A stretch of 64,000 bases of DNA from Candidatus Margulisiibacteriota bacterium. Its GTDB lineage: Bacteria; Margulisbacteria; WOR-1; O2-12-FULL-45-9. The stretch's first letter is position 1. The number at the start of each line of letters is the position of its first letter. Position numbers and translations under genes: made by a program. The stretch covers positions 165,434 through 229,433 of the forward strand of contig JBAZZP010000001.1 of assembly GCA_041658745.1 (NCBI GenBank). The letters run 5' to 3'. Below are positions 48,608 through 58,506 of this stretch, in pieces. The notes below the pieces were generated by a model. That model was not told where the DNA came from. It did no database searches and saw only the letters and a list, made by a program, of their open reading frames with translations.

Positions 48608-49642
48608 TCAACAGCTACACGCCTCTCTTAAGCCAATTGTTTCCCTTTTTATGATTATTCTATACAAGCCACGTGCTATTTTTAAGACTGTGCCAGGGAC
48701 AAAAAGCAATGGAAATATTTTAAACCAGAAAATGGGCAAACTCCAATAATGCGAGAATAAAAATGGAAAATCTACAAAATAAAATTTATTTATATCCTGC
48801 ACCCTTGCCCTAACCGCCCAGGAAAAAACATCATTTTTAATTGATAATTTGTTTACATAACGAACTATTTTAGGATCCTTTAATATTTCCTGGGAAAAAC
48901 CATAATAGGTATTTACATCATGGTGCAGCCGCTCACTCATCCCAGCAGTAAGATCATTCCCCCATCTTCTTTTTACCAGCACAGCCGGCAAATATTTCAA
49001 TCTGCCCTTCCTGCCCCATAATATCGACATGACCATATAAATATGAATATACTTACTCTCGAGATGCTTTTCGTAGTTTTTGACCGCCATCCACGCCTCA
49101 CGCCTAATAACTAAGATTGAAATAAAATTAAAAAGACCAATTAAATACCTATTCATTTGCAAATAATCAATTATCGCCTGGGGGCCAGTAAAATTAAATA
49201 TTTTGGTTTCTGACAGGTCGAGTATTTTTTTTGATTTCATTGATTGAGATGGGACACAATAAAAATCTTCTTTATTTCCCAGATATACATCAACATTTTC
49301 GTTTTTCCTGATTTCATCTAAAAGGGTAACAATAGAATTCGGCGTGGGAAGATCATCATCTCCCAATAACCAGCAATATTGTCCAGAAGAGCACTGCATC
49401 ACTTGCATGCAATTTCGATCATAACCAACATTTTCTTGAATTTTAAAATAATTAATGGCTATTGGGGAGGTTTTGATTAGCTCATTAACTATAGCTTCGG
49501 TATGATCCGTTGATCCATTATCTGATATTACAATTTCCACCTTTCCGGCTTCACTTTTTGGGATAACAGAAAGTAAACAGACTAAAGTCTCTTTTAAAAG
49601 AACTGCTCGGTTATAAGTTGGGATACAAACAGATAAAATCAC
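48608..49642 (-). CDS. family 2 glycosyltransferase
   Basis: 344 aa. LSVCIPTYNRAVLL, VISDNGSTDHT, LLGDDDL. Confidence 0.8.
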   Translation of the reverse strand: MILSVCIPTYNRAVLLKETLVCLLSVIPKSEAGKVEIVISDNGSTDHTEAIVNELIKTSPIAINYFKIQENVGYDRNCMQVMQCSSGQYCWLLGDDDLPTPNSIVTLLDEIRKNENVDVYLGNKEDFYCVPSQSMKSKKILDLSETKIFNFTGPQAIIDYLQMNRYLIGLFNFISILVIRREAWMAVKNYEKHLESKYIHIYMVMSILWGRKGRLKYLPAVLVKRRWGNDLTAGMSERLHHDVNTYYGFSQEILKDPKIVRYVNKLSIKNDVFSWAVRARVQDINKFYFVDFPFLFSHYWSLPIFWFKIFPLLFVPGTVLKIARGLYRIIIKRETIGLREACSC

Positions 49643-49685
49643 TTAGCCGCTCCTATAACATCACATCAAAACGCTGGCAATACCA

Positions 49686-50447
49686 TTAAACAAATAATAC
49701 TTGGTCATCAATGGCAGCAAACGAACTTTTAAAGATCCCTTTAACACATTTGTCAGCTAATTTTCGCTCTTTCATACTGGGATATTCGGCAGCATCAAAA
49801 TGCACCAAAGCCAACTTTTTGGCTCCCGCCTGCTTTGCAATTAAGGCGCCATCTTCCGGATTAAGGTGCGGCCAATCAATATTATGCTGGCCTGGGCGAA
49901 AAGCCGATTCGGCAATTAATAGATCAGCCTTTTGCGCCAAAGCCACCGCATTTTCACACAACCCAGTGTCCGGGATAAAACTAATTATTTTTCCGTTAAA
50001 ATTAAAGCGCAAACCAAGGCATGGCTCTTTATGCCGCAACAATAAACTATTTTCTAGGAAAGGGAATTGTCCTTTTTTACCATTAATTTCGATAAAGTTG
50101 ATTTTATACTTAAGTTCATCTGGAGATGCGGTTAATGGACTATTGACAAAAGAGCGAATAAATTTCTTCCCGCCGCGTTGCACACAGATATTAAGCCCCT
50201 GTTTAAATGAAAACTTGGCCAAAATATGCAACCCAACAATATGATCGAGATGAAAATGGCTTATGAACAAATAAATTGGTTTATCACTTTTAATATATTT
50301 GTCAATTTTATAGATTCCATTGCCAGCATCAAGGATCACATATTCTTTTGGTGTTTCAATCAAGACACAAAGAGTATTTCCTGTCTTTGTATCATACCAA
50401 CCATTCGTACCTAAAAAAACAATTTTAATTTTTTGCATATTCCCCAC
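49686..50447 (-). CDS. MBL-fold metallo-hydrolase
   Basis: 253 aa. ISHFHLDHIVGL (HxHxDH zinc motif). Confidence 0.65.
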   Translation of the reverse strand: MGNMQKIKIVFLGTNGWYDTKTGNTLCVLIETPKEYVILDAGNGIYKIDKYIKSDKPIYLFISHFHLDHIVGLHILAKFSFKQGLNICVQRGGKKFIRSFVNSPLTASPDELKYKINFIEINGKKGQFPFLENSLLLRHKEPCLGLRFNFNGKIISFIPDTGLCENAVALAQKADLLIAESAFRPGQHNIDWPHLNPEDGALIAKQAGAKKLALVHFDAAEYPSMKERKLADKCVKGIFKSSFAAIDDQVLFV

Positions 50448-50454
50448 TTCTACC

Positions 50455-51555
50455 CTATTTGCGATAAAGTTGTCTTTGGTCAGTTGTTATAAAGTCGTCC
50501 TTTGCAAAAACTTCGTTATAAGGAACCGGCAATGGCTTTCCATAGATTTTATTTGCCACAACATTATTGATAAAGTCTCGATCTTCGGCAATTAAACAAG
50601 TATCAACATATTTGCCAAAATACTTATTATTTAAGCCTCTTTCGATTATATCTTTGAGCGGTTCATTAAAGAAATTGCCCATCGAGACATGAATATACGG
50701 ACAAGGCAAGACATCTCCATATTTTGTTATAGAAACCATCCTTTTTACTGCGATACAACCCAAATCCATACCATAAGAAGGAGACAAATGGGTGAAAACA
50801 TTATATTTCTTCTCAAGTTGTCTCATATAGTCCATATCTTCTCTATCAACTAAACAACTATAATTACCTTCCCAGGCGCCCACCGGTTTCGCATAACTGA
50901 CAAATACCCCAACCCCCATCTTGTTATTTAAATACTCAAGAAAATCGATGAATTCTTGCGATCTAACTCGTTGTTTAGTCACCACTGTCTGCACAATAAT
51001 ATTTAGGCCAGCCTTATGAGCCGCATCAATTGCTCGAAGACAACGCTCATGTGATCCGGGTTTTCTCCTAAAGGCATCGTGGTCATCAACCGAAAGGCTG
51101 TCAAGACTCAGTTGAATCTTATCCACTCCAATTTTTTTTAGATGCTTGGCCCGTTCATCGTCGAATAGCCATCCATTTGTATCACAAGAGATATAAAACT
51201 TTTGCGGATCAATGGCTTCAATTATCTCGTCAAAATCAGGAAAAACAAGAGGCTCTCCCCCCGTTAATACAATATTAGCTAAGCCCATTTCATCAGCTTG
51301 CCGAGAGAGCTCTTTGACATCTTTAGGAGTAAAATAACGGCCGTCTTTTCTGCCTTGAAATCTTTTTATACAACAATGCTCACAAGCAAAATTACAGCGA
51401 TAATCGTATTGGAGCTGAATAATGGCAATACTCTCACCCTTTTTTATTTTTTCGTCAAACTTTTGAACTTTATGATATACCAATGGTTTTTCTTTGAGCA
51501 AAGAATTTCGCTTTTCATTCTCCAATTTGCTTAAGTGCGTATCGCCTTCAGACAT
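50455..51555 (-). CDS. radical SAM enzyme (with C-terminal Cys-rich auxiliary region)
   Basis: 366 aa. CNFACEHC (CxxxCxxC) and NIVLTGGEPLV. Additional Cys residues in the C-terminal third (CIAV...CPY...C). Confidence 0.75.
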   Translation of the reverse strand: MSEGDTHLSKLENEKRNSLLKEKPLVYHKVQKFDEKIKKGESIAIIQLQYDYRCNFACEHCCIKRFQGRKDGRYFTPKDVKELSRQADEMGLANIVLTGGEPLVFPDFDEIIEAIDPQKFYISCDTNGWLFDDERAKHLKKIGVDKIQLSLDSLSVDDHDAFRRKPGSHERCLRAIDAAHKAGLNIIVQTVVTKQRVRSQEFIDFLEYLNNKMGVGVFVSYAKPVGAWEGNYSCLVDREDMDYMRQLEKKYNVFTHLSPSYGMDLGCIAVKRMVSITKYGDVLPCPYIHVSMGNFFNEPLKDIIERGLNNKYFGKYVDTCLIAEDRDFINNVVANKIYGKPLPVPYNEVFAKDDFITTDQRQLYRK

Positions 51556-51566
51556 GTTTTTCCTCC

Positions 51567-52697
51567 CTAAATAATCTCTAGCCCATGACTCCTCAGCACA
51601 GCGACATTTTTGATCAGACTATGTTTTTGCTTTATTGTTCTGGCAACTTCATCAGAATATCCACCGGCTATTATAATTATAGCATCCGGTGGGTCCAGGT
51701 TAAGTGTTTCGGGATCTACTATGGGAAGATGAGAGGCCGGAGTATATTTGCCCTGTTTGAAAGGAGCCGAATCAACCACATACCGTACTTGCTTGGATAA
51801 TTCCATCAATGAAATCAGGGCAAAGGCCTGGTGCCCAGCACCCCATATAGCCACTTTTTGAAACTTACTAATGTAATCCGATAAGGCGTTTTTTAGTTTG
51901 CTTTGATGAAGACAAAAATCGGCAAGTTCCACCTTTTTTCGTTTTCTAACAATCATAGAAATAATATAGTCATGCCAGATTTCTTTACTTTCTAAAATAT
52001 CAAAACCATTGATCTTTAAAGCCGTTTCTAAAGTATCCTCGGTAAAATAAGACAAATGATCGGGAATAAATTCAGAAAATAATTTATTGCGCAATATCAT
52101 ATCAAAGTTTGGCACCTCAATTAATCCAATCCCATCTTCAGCCAGATTGTGTTTAATCCCAGCCAAGATTAAGTTTGGATTAGGCAAATGCTCAAAATAA
52201 TTCAACATAATAAATGCCGCAAAAGGACCACCAACAACAGCCTGGTCTTCTTGTTCAATAAAACCAGCGGAAACTTTTAAGCCATTTTTTACACAGAACT
52301 CAACTGACGTATTTAAATTTTCAATGCCATAGGCATCAACCCCACTCTGCTTAATTAAGGACAAATACTCACCTCGACCACACCCAATTTCGATTACCTT
52401 TTTATTTCTAAGTGAATACTTATCAATTATTTCAGCAAATTGTTTGATACGAAAAGCTCGCATATCATCAGAGAAAGCCGCTGCGCGGATTACGTTCTTA
52501 TAATAAGAGACCGGTTCATTAATTAATTGGACTAAACCACAGCCGGAACACTGATACACATCTAAAGCTACCCCTTTATCTCTTTTTAATCCGATTTTAT
52601 CCGGCAAATCTTGCGCCGATTTTGGCATATTCTCATAACGAAGCAGTGGATCTTGCAACAAACTGTGTCCGCAAATTCGACAAAAGTATTTTTTCAT
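51567..52697 (-). CDS. NDP-hexose C-methyltransferase-like (Zn-ribbon + SAM MTase + C-terminal domain)
   Basis: 376 aa. CRICGH...CSGCG, VIEIGCGRGEY (motif I). Same architecture as 26378..27637. Confidence 0.6.
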   Translation of the reverse strand: MKKYFCRICGHSLLQDPLLRYENMPKSAQDLPDKIGLKRDKGVALDVYQCSGCGLVQLINEPVSYYKNVIRAAAFSDDMRAFRIKQFAEIIDKYSLRNKKVIEIGCGRGEYLSLIKQSGVDAYGIENLNTSVEFCVKNGLKVSAGFIEQEDQAVVGGPFAAFIMLNYFEHLPNPNLILAGIKHNLAEDGIGLIEVPNFDMILRNKLFSEFIPDHLSYFTEDTLETALKINGFDILESKEIWHDYIISMIVRKRKKVELADFCLHQSKLKNALSDYISKFQKVAIWGAGHQAFALISLMELSKQVRYVVDSAPFKQGKYTPASHLPIVDPETLNLDPPDAIIIIAGGYSDEVARTIKQKHSLIKNVAVLRSHGLEII

Positions 52698-52701
52698 TTA
52701 A

Positions 52702-53202
52702 TTAAAGATATTTGCCATAGATTTCATCATGCACGGGAATTATGTTTTTGGGACATCCTTTATGCCACAACCACTCATTGTTTTTGGGGGAATCAACATT
52801 GAGACAGTGTTGCTTCTCATCTAAAGGGGTCACCAACTGGCAACCATACAACAAAGAAATAAAATGACCACGATCTTTTCGCTCAAGAATTATTTCATTG
52901 ATCGCCAAAGGCAATGGAGCATATTTCACCTCGACGTTTAATTCGTTTTTGGCAACGGCAGTAATTCTTTCTTTCATAGTTTCTTTATATCTTATAATTC
53001 CACCAGGGATATGCCATCCCGGGGGTCCGTAATTATCGGCTCTCCAGGTTAACAAAGTCTCTCCCTGGGAGTTTTTTATCAACAAATCTACATTAATCAA
53101 TGGCGTTATTCTACTGACAAAATAAAACACCTCTTCCGGCAAACCTGCAGTAGGGTTAACAATGCTTTTTTCTATTTGATTAATTGCATCCCTTATTTTC
53201 AT
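52702..53202 (-). CDS. NUDIX-fold hydrolase-like protein (degenerate Nudix box; GDP-mannose mannosyl hydrolase-like)
   Basis: 166 aa. GGIIRYKETMKERITAVAKNELNV is a partial Nudix signature. Confidence 0.45.
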   Translation of the reverse strand: MKIRDAINQIEKSIVNPTAGLPEEVFYFVSRITPLINVDLLIKNSQGETLLTWRADNYGPPGWHIPGGIIRYKETMKERITAVAKNELNVEVKYAPLPLAINEIILERKDRGHFISLLYGCQLVTPLDEKQHCLNVDSPKNNEWLWHKGCPKNIIPVHDEIYGKYL

Positions 53203-54080
53203 AATAATTCTTCTTTATTGATGATTTGTTTATTTGCACTATACCAATTATATAAATCCAAAATAGCCTCATCAAGCGGAGTAAACCTAAACTTTTCTAA
53301 TTCCTTTAAAAGCTGCATATTATTTCCACTATATTCGCGGCAAGGGCTATCAGAATTATCGATTATTTCGATATCTTTTCCAGCTATTTTCTTAACAATT
53401 TTTGCCAATTCAGCCGCTTTGATCTCCAGGCCAGAACAAACATTATATACCTGTTGCAAAGGAGAATTATTAACAAACCATCTTACAATCGCAACCAAAT
53501 CGTTAATATATAAGTAATCGTAATAAGTATTTTGCCTTATCATTATTGGAAGATCAAATAACGCTGAGCAACAAGCCCTTGAAATAAACCGATAGCGCCA
53601 ATCCTCGTATTTACCAAAGACAGAAAACACCCTGAGGTTATAAATATTTTTGCTTTGCAGAGCATGCTTTGTCATAACATATTTAGAAAAACCATACTGC
53701 TCCGTAGGCACATGTTGATCATAATAACCTTCATCCATTTTTAACCGCCAATTCTCTCTCCCAAATTCTGCCCCCGAACCAAAATACAACAACTTTCCAT
53801 AATGATCATTACATCGCGCGACATTAAAAAACATTCTTAAGTTGTTTTCTAATACTTTAGCAGGATCTTTGATGGAATATTTGGGTGCCGGATCATGGGT
53901 AGCTGCATGAATAACAACGTCAAATCGGCCATTTTTTATGAGGTCTAAAACCTTATTGGAATCTAAAAGATCAAGCTCAGAATGATTGCAGGCGATTACC
54001 TCAAAATCATGACATAATTGCTCAAATAGATTACGAGCAATAAAACCTTTTCCTCCAGTAATTAATAATTTCTTCGCCAT
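53199..54080 (-). CDS. SDR-family NAD(P)-dependent sugar epimerase/reductase
   Basis: 293 aa. LLITGGKGFIARNL, YGFSKYVMT (YxxxK). Confidence 0.75.
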   Translation of the reverse strand: MAKKLLITGGKGFIARNLFEQLCHDFEVIACNHSELDLLDSNKVLDLIKNGRFDVVIHAATHDPAPKYSIKDPAKVLENNLRMFFNVARCNDHYGKLLYFGSGAEFGRENWRLKMDEGYYDQHVPTEQYGFSKYVMTKHALQSKNIYNLRVFSVFGKYEDWRYRFISRACCSALFDLPIMIRQNTYYDYLYINDLVAIVRWFVNNSPLQQVYNVCSGLEIKAAELAKIVKKIAGKDIEIIDNSDSPCREYSGNNMQLLKELEKFRFTPLDEAILDLYNWYSANKQIINKEELL

Positions 54081-54095
54081 TGGTCTCCTAGCCCC

Positions 54096-55178
54096 TTAAT
54101 GCTTAGCAATTGGGGGATGTCCCTTCAAATACTCCCCAACCAAATGCATATCACACTCATCAGAACATTTTAACCCTTTTGACAAATTAAAGTGAGCTTC
54201 CCTAAATGCTTTATATTTATCTCCATTCCAAATAGCATATAATGACTCTTCTTTTGCATTCCCCAAAATGATTTCATTATTATAATCTTCCATGCACATT
54301 ACCACTTCGGCATTAGATTTTACGGTCATAGACATCCACGGATGCTTACAGATTTCTGACCAGTGGACCGATTTTGTTCCGTGGTAGTTCTGCCGATACC
54401 ATTGCTGATCTTCACTTTTTAAATACAAATAGACATCCAAATCTTTAAAGGCAGCTTTTAGTTTTTGATATTCTTCTTCTTGCCAAGAGTTGTTTAGATC
54501 CAACATTGTAATAACAATTCTGGTGGTAAGCCCGCGCTGTTTTTTGAGATTTATAAGTTCTAATATTTTATTATAGCTTTGGGTAAAATTGGACTGATCA
54601 CCCCTAATCTCCTTATGCCTTGCGTCATCAACGCTTTCGATCGAATACTTGATATAACTCAAACCATTTTCAAACATTCTAACTGTAGTAGCAAGATCTA
54701 TATTCGCAGGATTACAACTAAAGTATGAATGAAAACCCCTCTCAGTTAGCAATTTAACATATTCGCTCATGTTTTTATCAAGCAATGGATCGCCATAACC
54801 ATGCAGTTGAATTACTTTAGGAATAATATATAAGAAAAAATTATTCTCGCTCTGCTCTTCTTTTTCAATGTTATATTGTTCTTTAACAAATTTTTCCCAG
54901 GTTGACCATTCATCCTTTGACCAGGGACGCAATTGATCAATAATATGAATAAAGGTGTCTTTATCAATTGTTTCAACTTTTCTCGTCATCCGAGTGGTTC
55001 TGGGACACATTTTACATTTCATATTACAGGCATTCGTAGTCTCTATGTTATAAACAACCGGCTCTTTTCTACGCATACCTTCAAATTGCCCGACAATGAA
55101 ATCATGATCAAAGGTTTCCCCATTCAACATCCTGTTCACCAAATCATGTGATTGCATATAAAAGTGAATATCAAACAT
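54096..55178 (-). CDS. radical SAM enzyme (second; Cys-rich C-terminus)
   Basis: 360 aa. CNMKCKMC (CxxxCxxC); C-terminal CMEDYN...C..C cluster. Confidence 0.75.
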   Translation of the reverse strand: MFDIHFYMQSHDLVNRMLNGETFDHDFIVGQFEGMRRKEPVVYNIETTNACNMKCKMCPRTTRMTRKVETIDKDTFIHIIDQLRPWSKDEWSTWEKFVKEQYNIEKEEQSENNFFLYIIPKVIQLHGYGDPLLDKNMSEYVKLLTERGFHSYFSCNPANIDLATTVRMFENGLSYIKYSIESVDDARHKEIRGDQSNFTQSYNKILELINLKKQRGLTTRIVITMLDLNNSWQEEEYQKLKAAFKDLDVYLYLKSEDQQWYRQNYHGTKSVHWSEICKHPWMSMTVKSNAEVVMCMEDYNNEIILGNAKEESLYAIWNGDKYKAFREAHFNLSKGLKCSDECDMHLVGEYLKGHPPIAKH

Positions 55179-55202
55179 TTTATACCTCCAAATATAGATA
55201 GA

Positions 55203-56171
55203 TTACTTTGTTTTAAAAGCCAATACTTTTAAGGCCAAGGAAAGCGCATTAATCCCATCTTCCAGTGAACAAAGTGGGAGCTCTTTTCCATTAACGATAG
55301 AAATAAAATGGCGCATTTCTTCAACAAACAGACTATTTCTTTCAAATTCATGGGAAGGAGAAAAATGCTCCCAATTTAATAATTTGTTCCTATAAATTGA
55401 AAGTTTACCATCCGTATTATTCCAACCGATTGTCCCCTCGGTGCCAACAATCTCTAAAGTGTGTGTGGGTGGCTTCTGCAAATAATTGAGTTGTAATACC
55501 CCTAAGGCTCCATTTGGAAAACGTAAAATAGCTTCCGCAGTATCTTCCACTGCAATGCCCAAATCCCCTCTGTTTTCAGCACAAGCCCACTCTACCGTTG
55601 GTTTACCAAGCAACCAATTTAAATAATCAAATGGATGGCACAGGGTTAAAACAACTCCCCCTCCCAAATCGGGCCTAGCGGCATAACTACTTTTATAATC
55701 TTCCCAGGGGTGCATATCCGGCAAATATTCTCCCCAACGCGCACAAATTGATACTGGCCGACCTATTTCTCCATTTAAAATTAGTTGGGAAGCAATTTTT
55801 AGTGTGGGATGAAACCTAAATTGAAAACCAACTAAGAGTTTTCCCTGGCCCTGCAGCAAAGCAGCTTGCAATTTATCGATCTTTTCAAGTGAATTAGAAA
55901 TAGGTTTCTCTAGCAAAATATGGCATCCAGCTTTGGCCGCCGGAATTGCGACATCAAGGTGCAATGCCGATGGATTGGAGATAATAAATGCATCTGGATT
56001 AAGCGCCAAGGCCGCTTCGATACTTGTTACTACCGGATATTGTTGCAACTCTTCGGCAGGTAATGAGCTCAAGTTGTTGCGCAGCAAAACAATGTCACTT
56101 TCTCCAAGCACAACCAAGTTTTTTAAATGGCGCCGACCAATTGACCCAAGTCCAGCAATAACATATTTCAT
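55203..56171 (-). CDS. Gfo/Idh/MocA family oxidoreductase
   Basis: 322 aa. VIAGLGSIGRRH, LLEKPIS. Confidence 0.8.
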   Translation of the reverse strand: MKYVIAGLGSIGRRHLKNLVVLGESDIVLLRNNLSSLPAEELQQYPVVTSIEAALALNPDAFIISNPSALHLDVAIPAAKAGCHILLEKPISNSLEKIDKLQAALLQGQGKLLVGFQFRFHPTLKIASQLILNGEIGRPVSICARWGEYLPDMHPWEDYKSSYAARPDLGGGVVLTLCHPFDYLNWLLGKPTVEWACAENRGDLGIAVEDTAEAILRFPNGALGVLQLNYLQKPPTHTLEIVGTEGTIGWNNTDGKLSIYRNKLLNWEHFSPSHEFERNSLFVEEMRHFISIVNGKELPLCSLEDGINALSLALKVLAFKTK

Positions 56172-56174
56172 ACT

Positions 56175-57983
56175 TTATTCTTCTATGGGGGGAATAATCA
56201 TGTTTGATAAAAATTCCTGGCGATCAAGGAAAGGCCAAAGGTCCTCCAATGGTTTTGAGATCATAGTCCCATCCGGTTTTTGCATGGTCATCATACTGGG
56301 AGCCCTAGGCTCGTCAGGAGGATTAATAACCTCACAAACAATTGGTCCCGGCATATTTATAACTTCCCTTATTTTTTCGGTTAATCCATTTTGATCGCTA
56401 ATTTTTAGAGTGGGCAAGCCGTATGCTTCGGCTATCTTGCAGATATCGGGCAAACCTAAACCACTACCATTATCTGCCCCAGTTAATCTCCCAAAATAGC
56501 GTAGCTGAGATGTCCTAATAGAGGAATAACCTTGATTGTTAAGTACAAAGATCTTAATCGGTAATTTGAGGCGAGCAATGGTGGCAAGTTCCTGAATATT
56601 AAATTGGATGCCACCATCGGCCTCAATACAAATTGTCCGTTTTCCACCACTAGCCAGACAAGCTCCAATACTCGCTGGCAAACCATTCCCCATCGAACCG
56701 AGGGCGGTGGTATTTAAAACCCTTTGCCCCCTTTTCGCTCTAAAAGCCAGTAGAAAGATCTCAATTCCTGCCCCCGAACTGGTAGGGATGATAATATCAT
56801 CTGAATTAAGTTCCTCCGAAAGAACATCAGTAAAAGCATAGACGCTAACCAATTTTTCTTGTAAATATTTAGGCAAAACCACTGGATACTTCGCCTTCCA
56901 CTCCCGACATCTAGCCATCCATCCATCTCGCTTATTGGGCAATAGCTTGTCGCATTGAAAAAGCATTTCTTGAATAACAGCCTTGGCATCAAAACAAATA
57001 GGAATATCAATTTTAGTCTGCATTTTACTTATTTCTGTCTGGTCAATATCCACCATAACTTTTTTTGCGGCCCTGGCAAACTTTTCATGAGAATAACCGG
57101 TGATCACAGTATCTAAACGAGCCCCAAGGCTAATTAACAAATCTGAATTTTGCAGTGCAAAATTTGCCCCACGGGGAGCAACGGGCCCGGGCCGGCCAAC
57201 CAGCAAAGGATGAGTGTCGGGCAATAAATCCAGCGCCGGCCAAGTCAGTAAAACTGGGATTTGCAATCGCTCGACCAAAGACAAAACATCATTGATCGCA
57301 TTAGATAATCGCACCCCATTTCCAATCAATAAGATTGGCCGTACCGACTCATTTAGCAATTTGAATATTTTTGCAACAGAAGCTTTCATTTCTTTTTCTT
57401 GCTCTTCATTTACCAATTCGATTTGATCAAACAAAGACAACGAATCAGTTTCAATTATGGCCGCTTGAACATCGAGCGGAATATCAAGCCAAACCGGGCC
57501 AGGTCGGCCAGTTTGTGCAAGATAAATCGCTTTTTCAAGATGATAACGGATAGAATTAGGATCCATAATGGTAACCGAGTATTTTGTGATCGATTTAATA
57601 ATTGTAACAATATCCAGCTCTTGTACCCCATTTTGCCGGACACCCAGATTGCCAATAAGGTCAGAACACTTCACTTGTCCCGAAATAAACAAACAAGGAG
57701 TAGAATCTAACCACGCCCCTGCTACTCCAGTAATTGCATTGGTTCCGCCGGGGCCGGTTGTCACCATCGCAACTCCTAAAGAATTATTAACAATTCTAGA
57801 ATACGTTTCCGCGGCCATGGCACTAGCTTGCTCATGCTGATTACAGATAAATTCAATGCCCTTCTGGTGGCCAATAGAATCGTTGAGATGCATTGCTCCT
57901 CCGCCTGGAACCATAAAAACATGCTTAACCCCATGATCCATAAGAAACTGCGCAATGTAATCAGAAAGTTTTATTTTCATCAA
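56175..57983 (-). CDS. TPP-dependent acetolactate-synthase-like enzyme (YerE-like candidate)
   Basis: 602 aa. All three AHAS domains are visible: N-terminal VKHVFMVPGGGAMHL...TTGPGGTN, a central domain, and a C-terminal TPP domain. Confidence 0.8.
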   Translation of the reverse strand: MMKIKLSDYIAQFLMDHGVKHVFMVPGGGAMHLNDSIGHQKGIEFICNQHEQASAMAAETYSRIVNNSLGVAMVTTGPGGTNAITGVAGAWLDSTPCLFISGQVKCSDLIGNLGVRQNGVQELDIVTIIKSITKYSVTIMDPNSIRYHLEKAIYLAQTGRPGPVWLDIPLDVQAAIIETDSLSLFDQIELVNEEQEKEMKASVAKIFKLLNESVRPILLIGNGVRLSNAINDVLSLVERLQIPVLLTWPALDLLPDTHPLLVGRPGPVAPRGANFALQNSDLLISLGARLDTVITGYSHEKFARAAKKVMVDIDQTEISKMQTKIDIPICFDAKAVIQEMLFQCDKLLPNKRDGWMARCREWKAKYPVVLPKYLQEKLVSVYAFTDVLSEELNSDDIIIPTSSGAGIEIFLLAFRAKRGQRVLNTTALGSMGNGLPASIGACLASGGKRTICIEADGGIQFNIQELATIARLKLPIKIFVLNNQGYSSIRTSQLRYFGRLTGADNGSGLGLPDICKIAEAYGLPTLKISDQNGLTEKIREVINMPGPIVCEVINPPDEPRAPSMMTMQKPDGTMISKPLEDLWPFLDRQEFLSNMIIPPIEE

Positions 57984-58484
57984 TTAGCCTTTTACAGACA
58001 GTAACAAATCTAATAATTCTCTTACTGCACCAGCCCCGCCAGAACGTTTGGTAACGATGTTAGATACTTTGACTATAGTTGAGTGAGCATCTTTTGGACA
58101 GACAGACAAGCCAACTATTTTTAGCGCCGGCAGATCAATAATATCATCACCTATAAAACAAATTTCGGATAAACCAAAATTATATTTTTTAGCATATTCG
58201 ATAACCGCCTTAGCCTTATCATGGCATCCCTTATAAACATCATTTATCTTCAACTTTTTTGCGTAACGAGAGACAATTGCCATCCCGGAAGGACTACTTT
58301 CACCAGAAACTAAACCAATTTTAATCCCCGCCTTCTGGGCCAGGGAAATTCCCGTCCTATCGGCAAAACAAAATCTCTTCATCTCTAAGCTATCAGAATC
58401 CAACCAAAAAGACCCATCAGTTAAAACACCATCAACGTCCATTAAAACTGCTTTTATTCTTTTTATTTCTTTTCGCACTATCAA
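57984..58484 (-). CDS. HAD-superfamily KdsC-family phosphatase (Kdo-8-P / nonulosonate-9-P phosphatase-like)
   Basis: 166 aa. LMDVDGVLTDG (DxDG), FIGDDIIDLP. Confidence 0.8.
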   Translation of the reverse strand: MIVRKEIKRIKAVLMDVDGVLTDGSFWLDSDSLEMKRFCFADRTGISLAQKAGIKIGLVSGESSPSGMAIVSRYAKKLKINDVYKGCHDKAKAVIEYAKKYNFGLSEICFIGDDIIDLPALKIVGLSVCPKDAHSTIVKVSNIVTKRSGGAGAVRELLDLLLSVKG

Positions 58485-58506
58485 GATGGCCTCCTAAATA
58501 ATAATT

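Noticed and set aside
49711-50244. Plus-strand ORFs in the six-frame track (for example 177 aa at 49711..50244, 163 aa at 3523..4014, 153 aa at 55933..56394, 136 aa at 40684..41094, 125 aa at 14924..15301), plus all shorter plus-strand ORFs
   Set aside because: Each lies entirely antisense within a longer minus-strand CDS that has clear family motifs. Their translations are low-complexity with no recognisable domains. I interpret them as shadow ORFs of an AT-rich coding strand.
56175-57983. AHAS-like protein as a biosynthetic acetolactate synthase (ilvB)
   Set aside because: No small regulatory subunit or ilvC/ilvD context. It sits among the CDP-sugar genes (rfbG, E1), so YerE-like function is favoured. 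Not provable from sequence alone.
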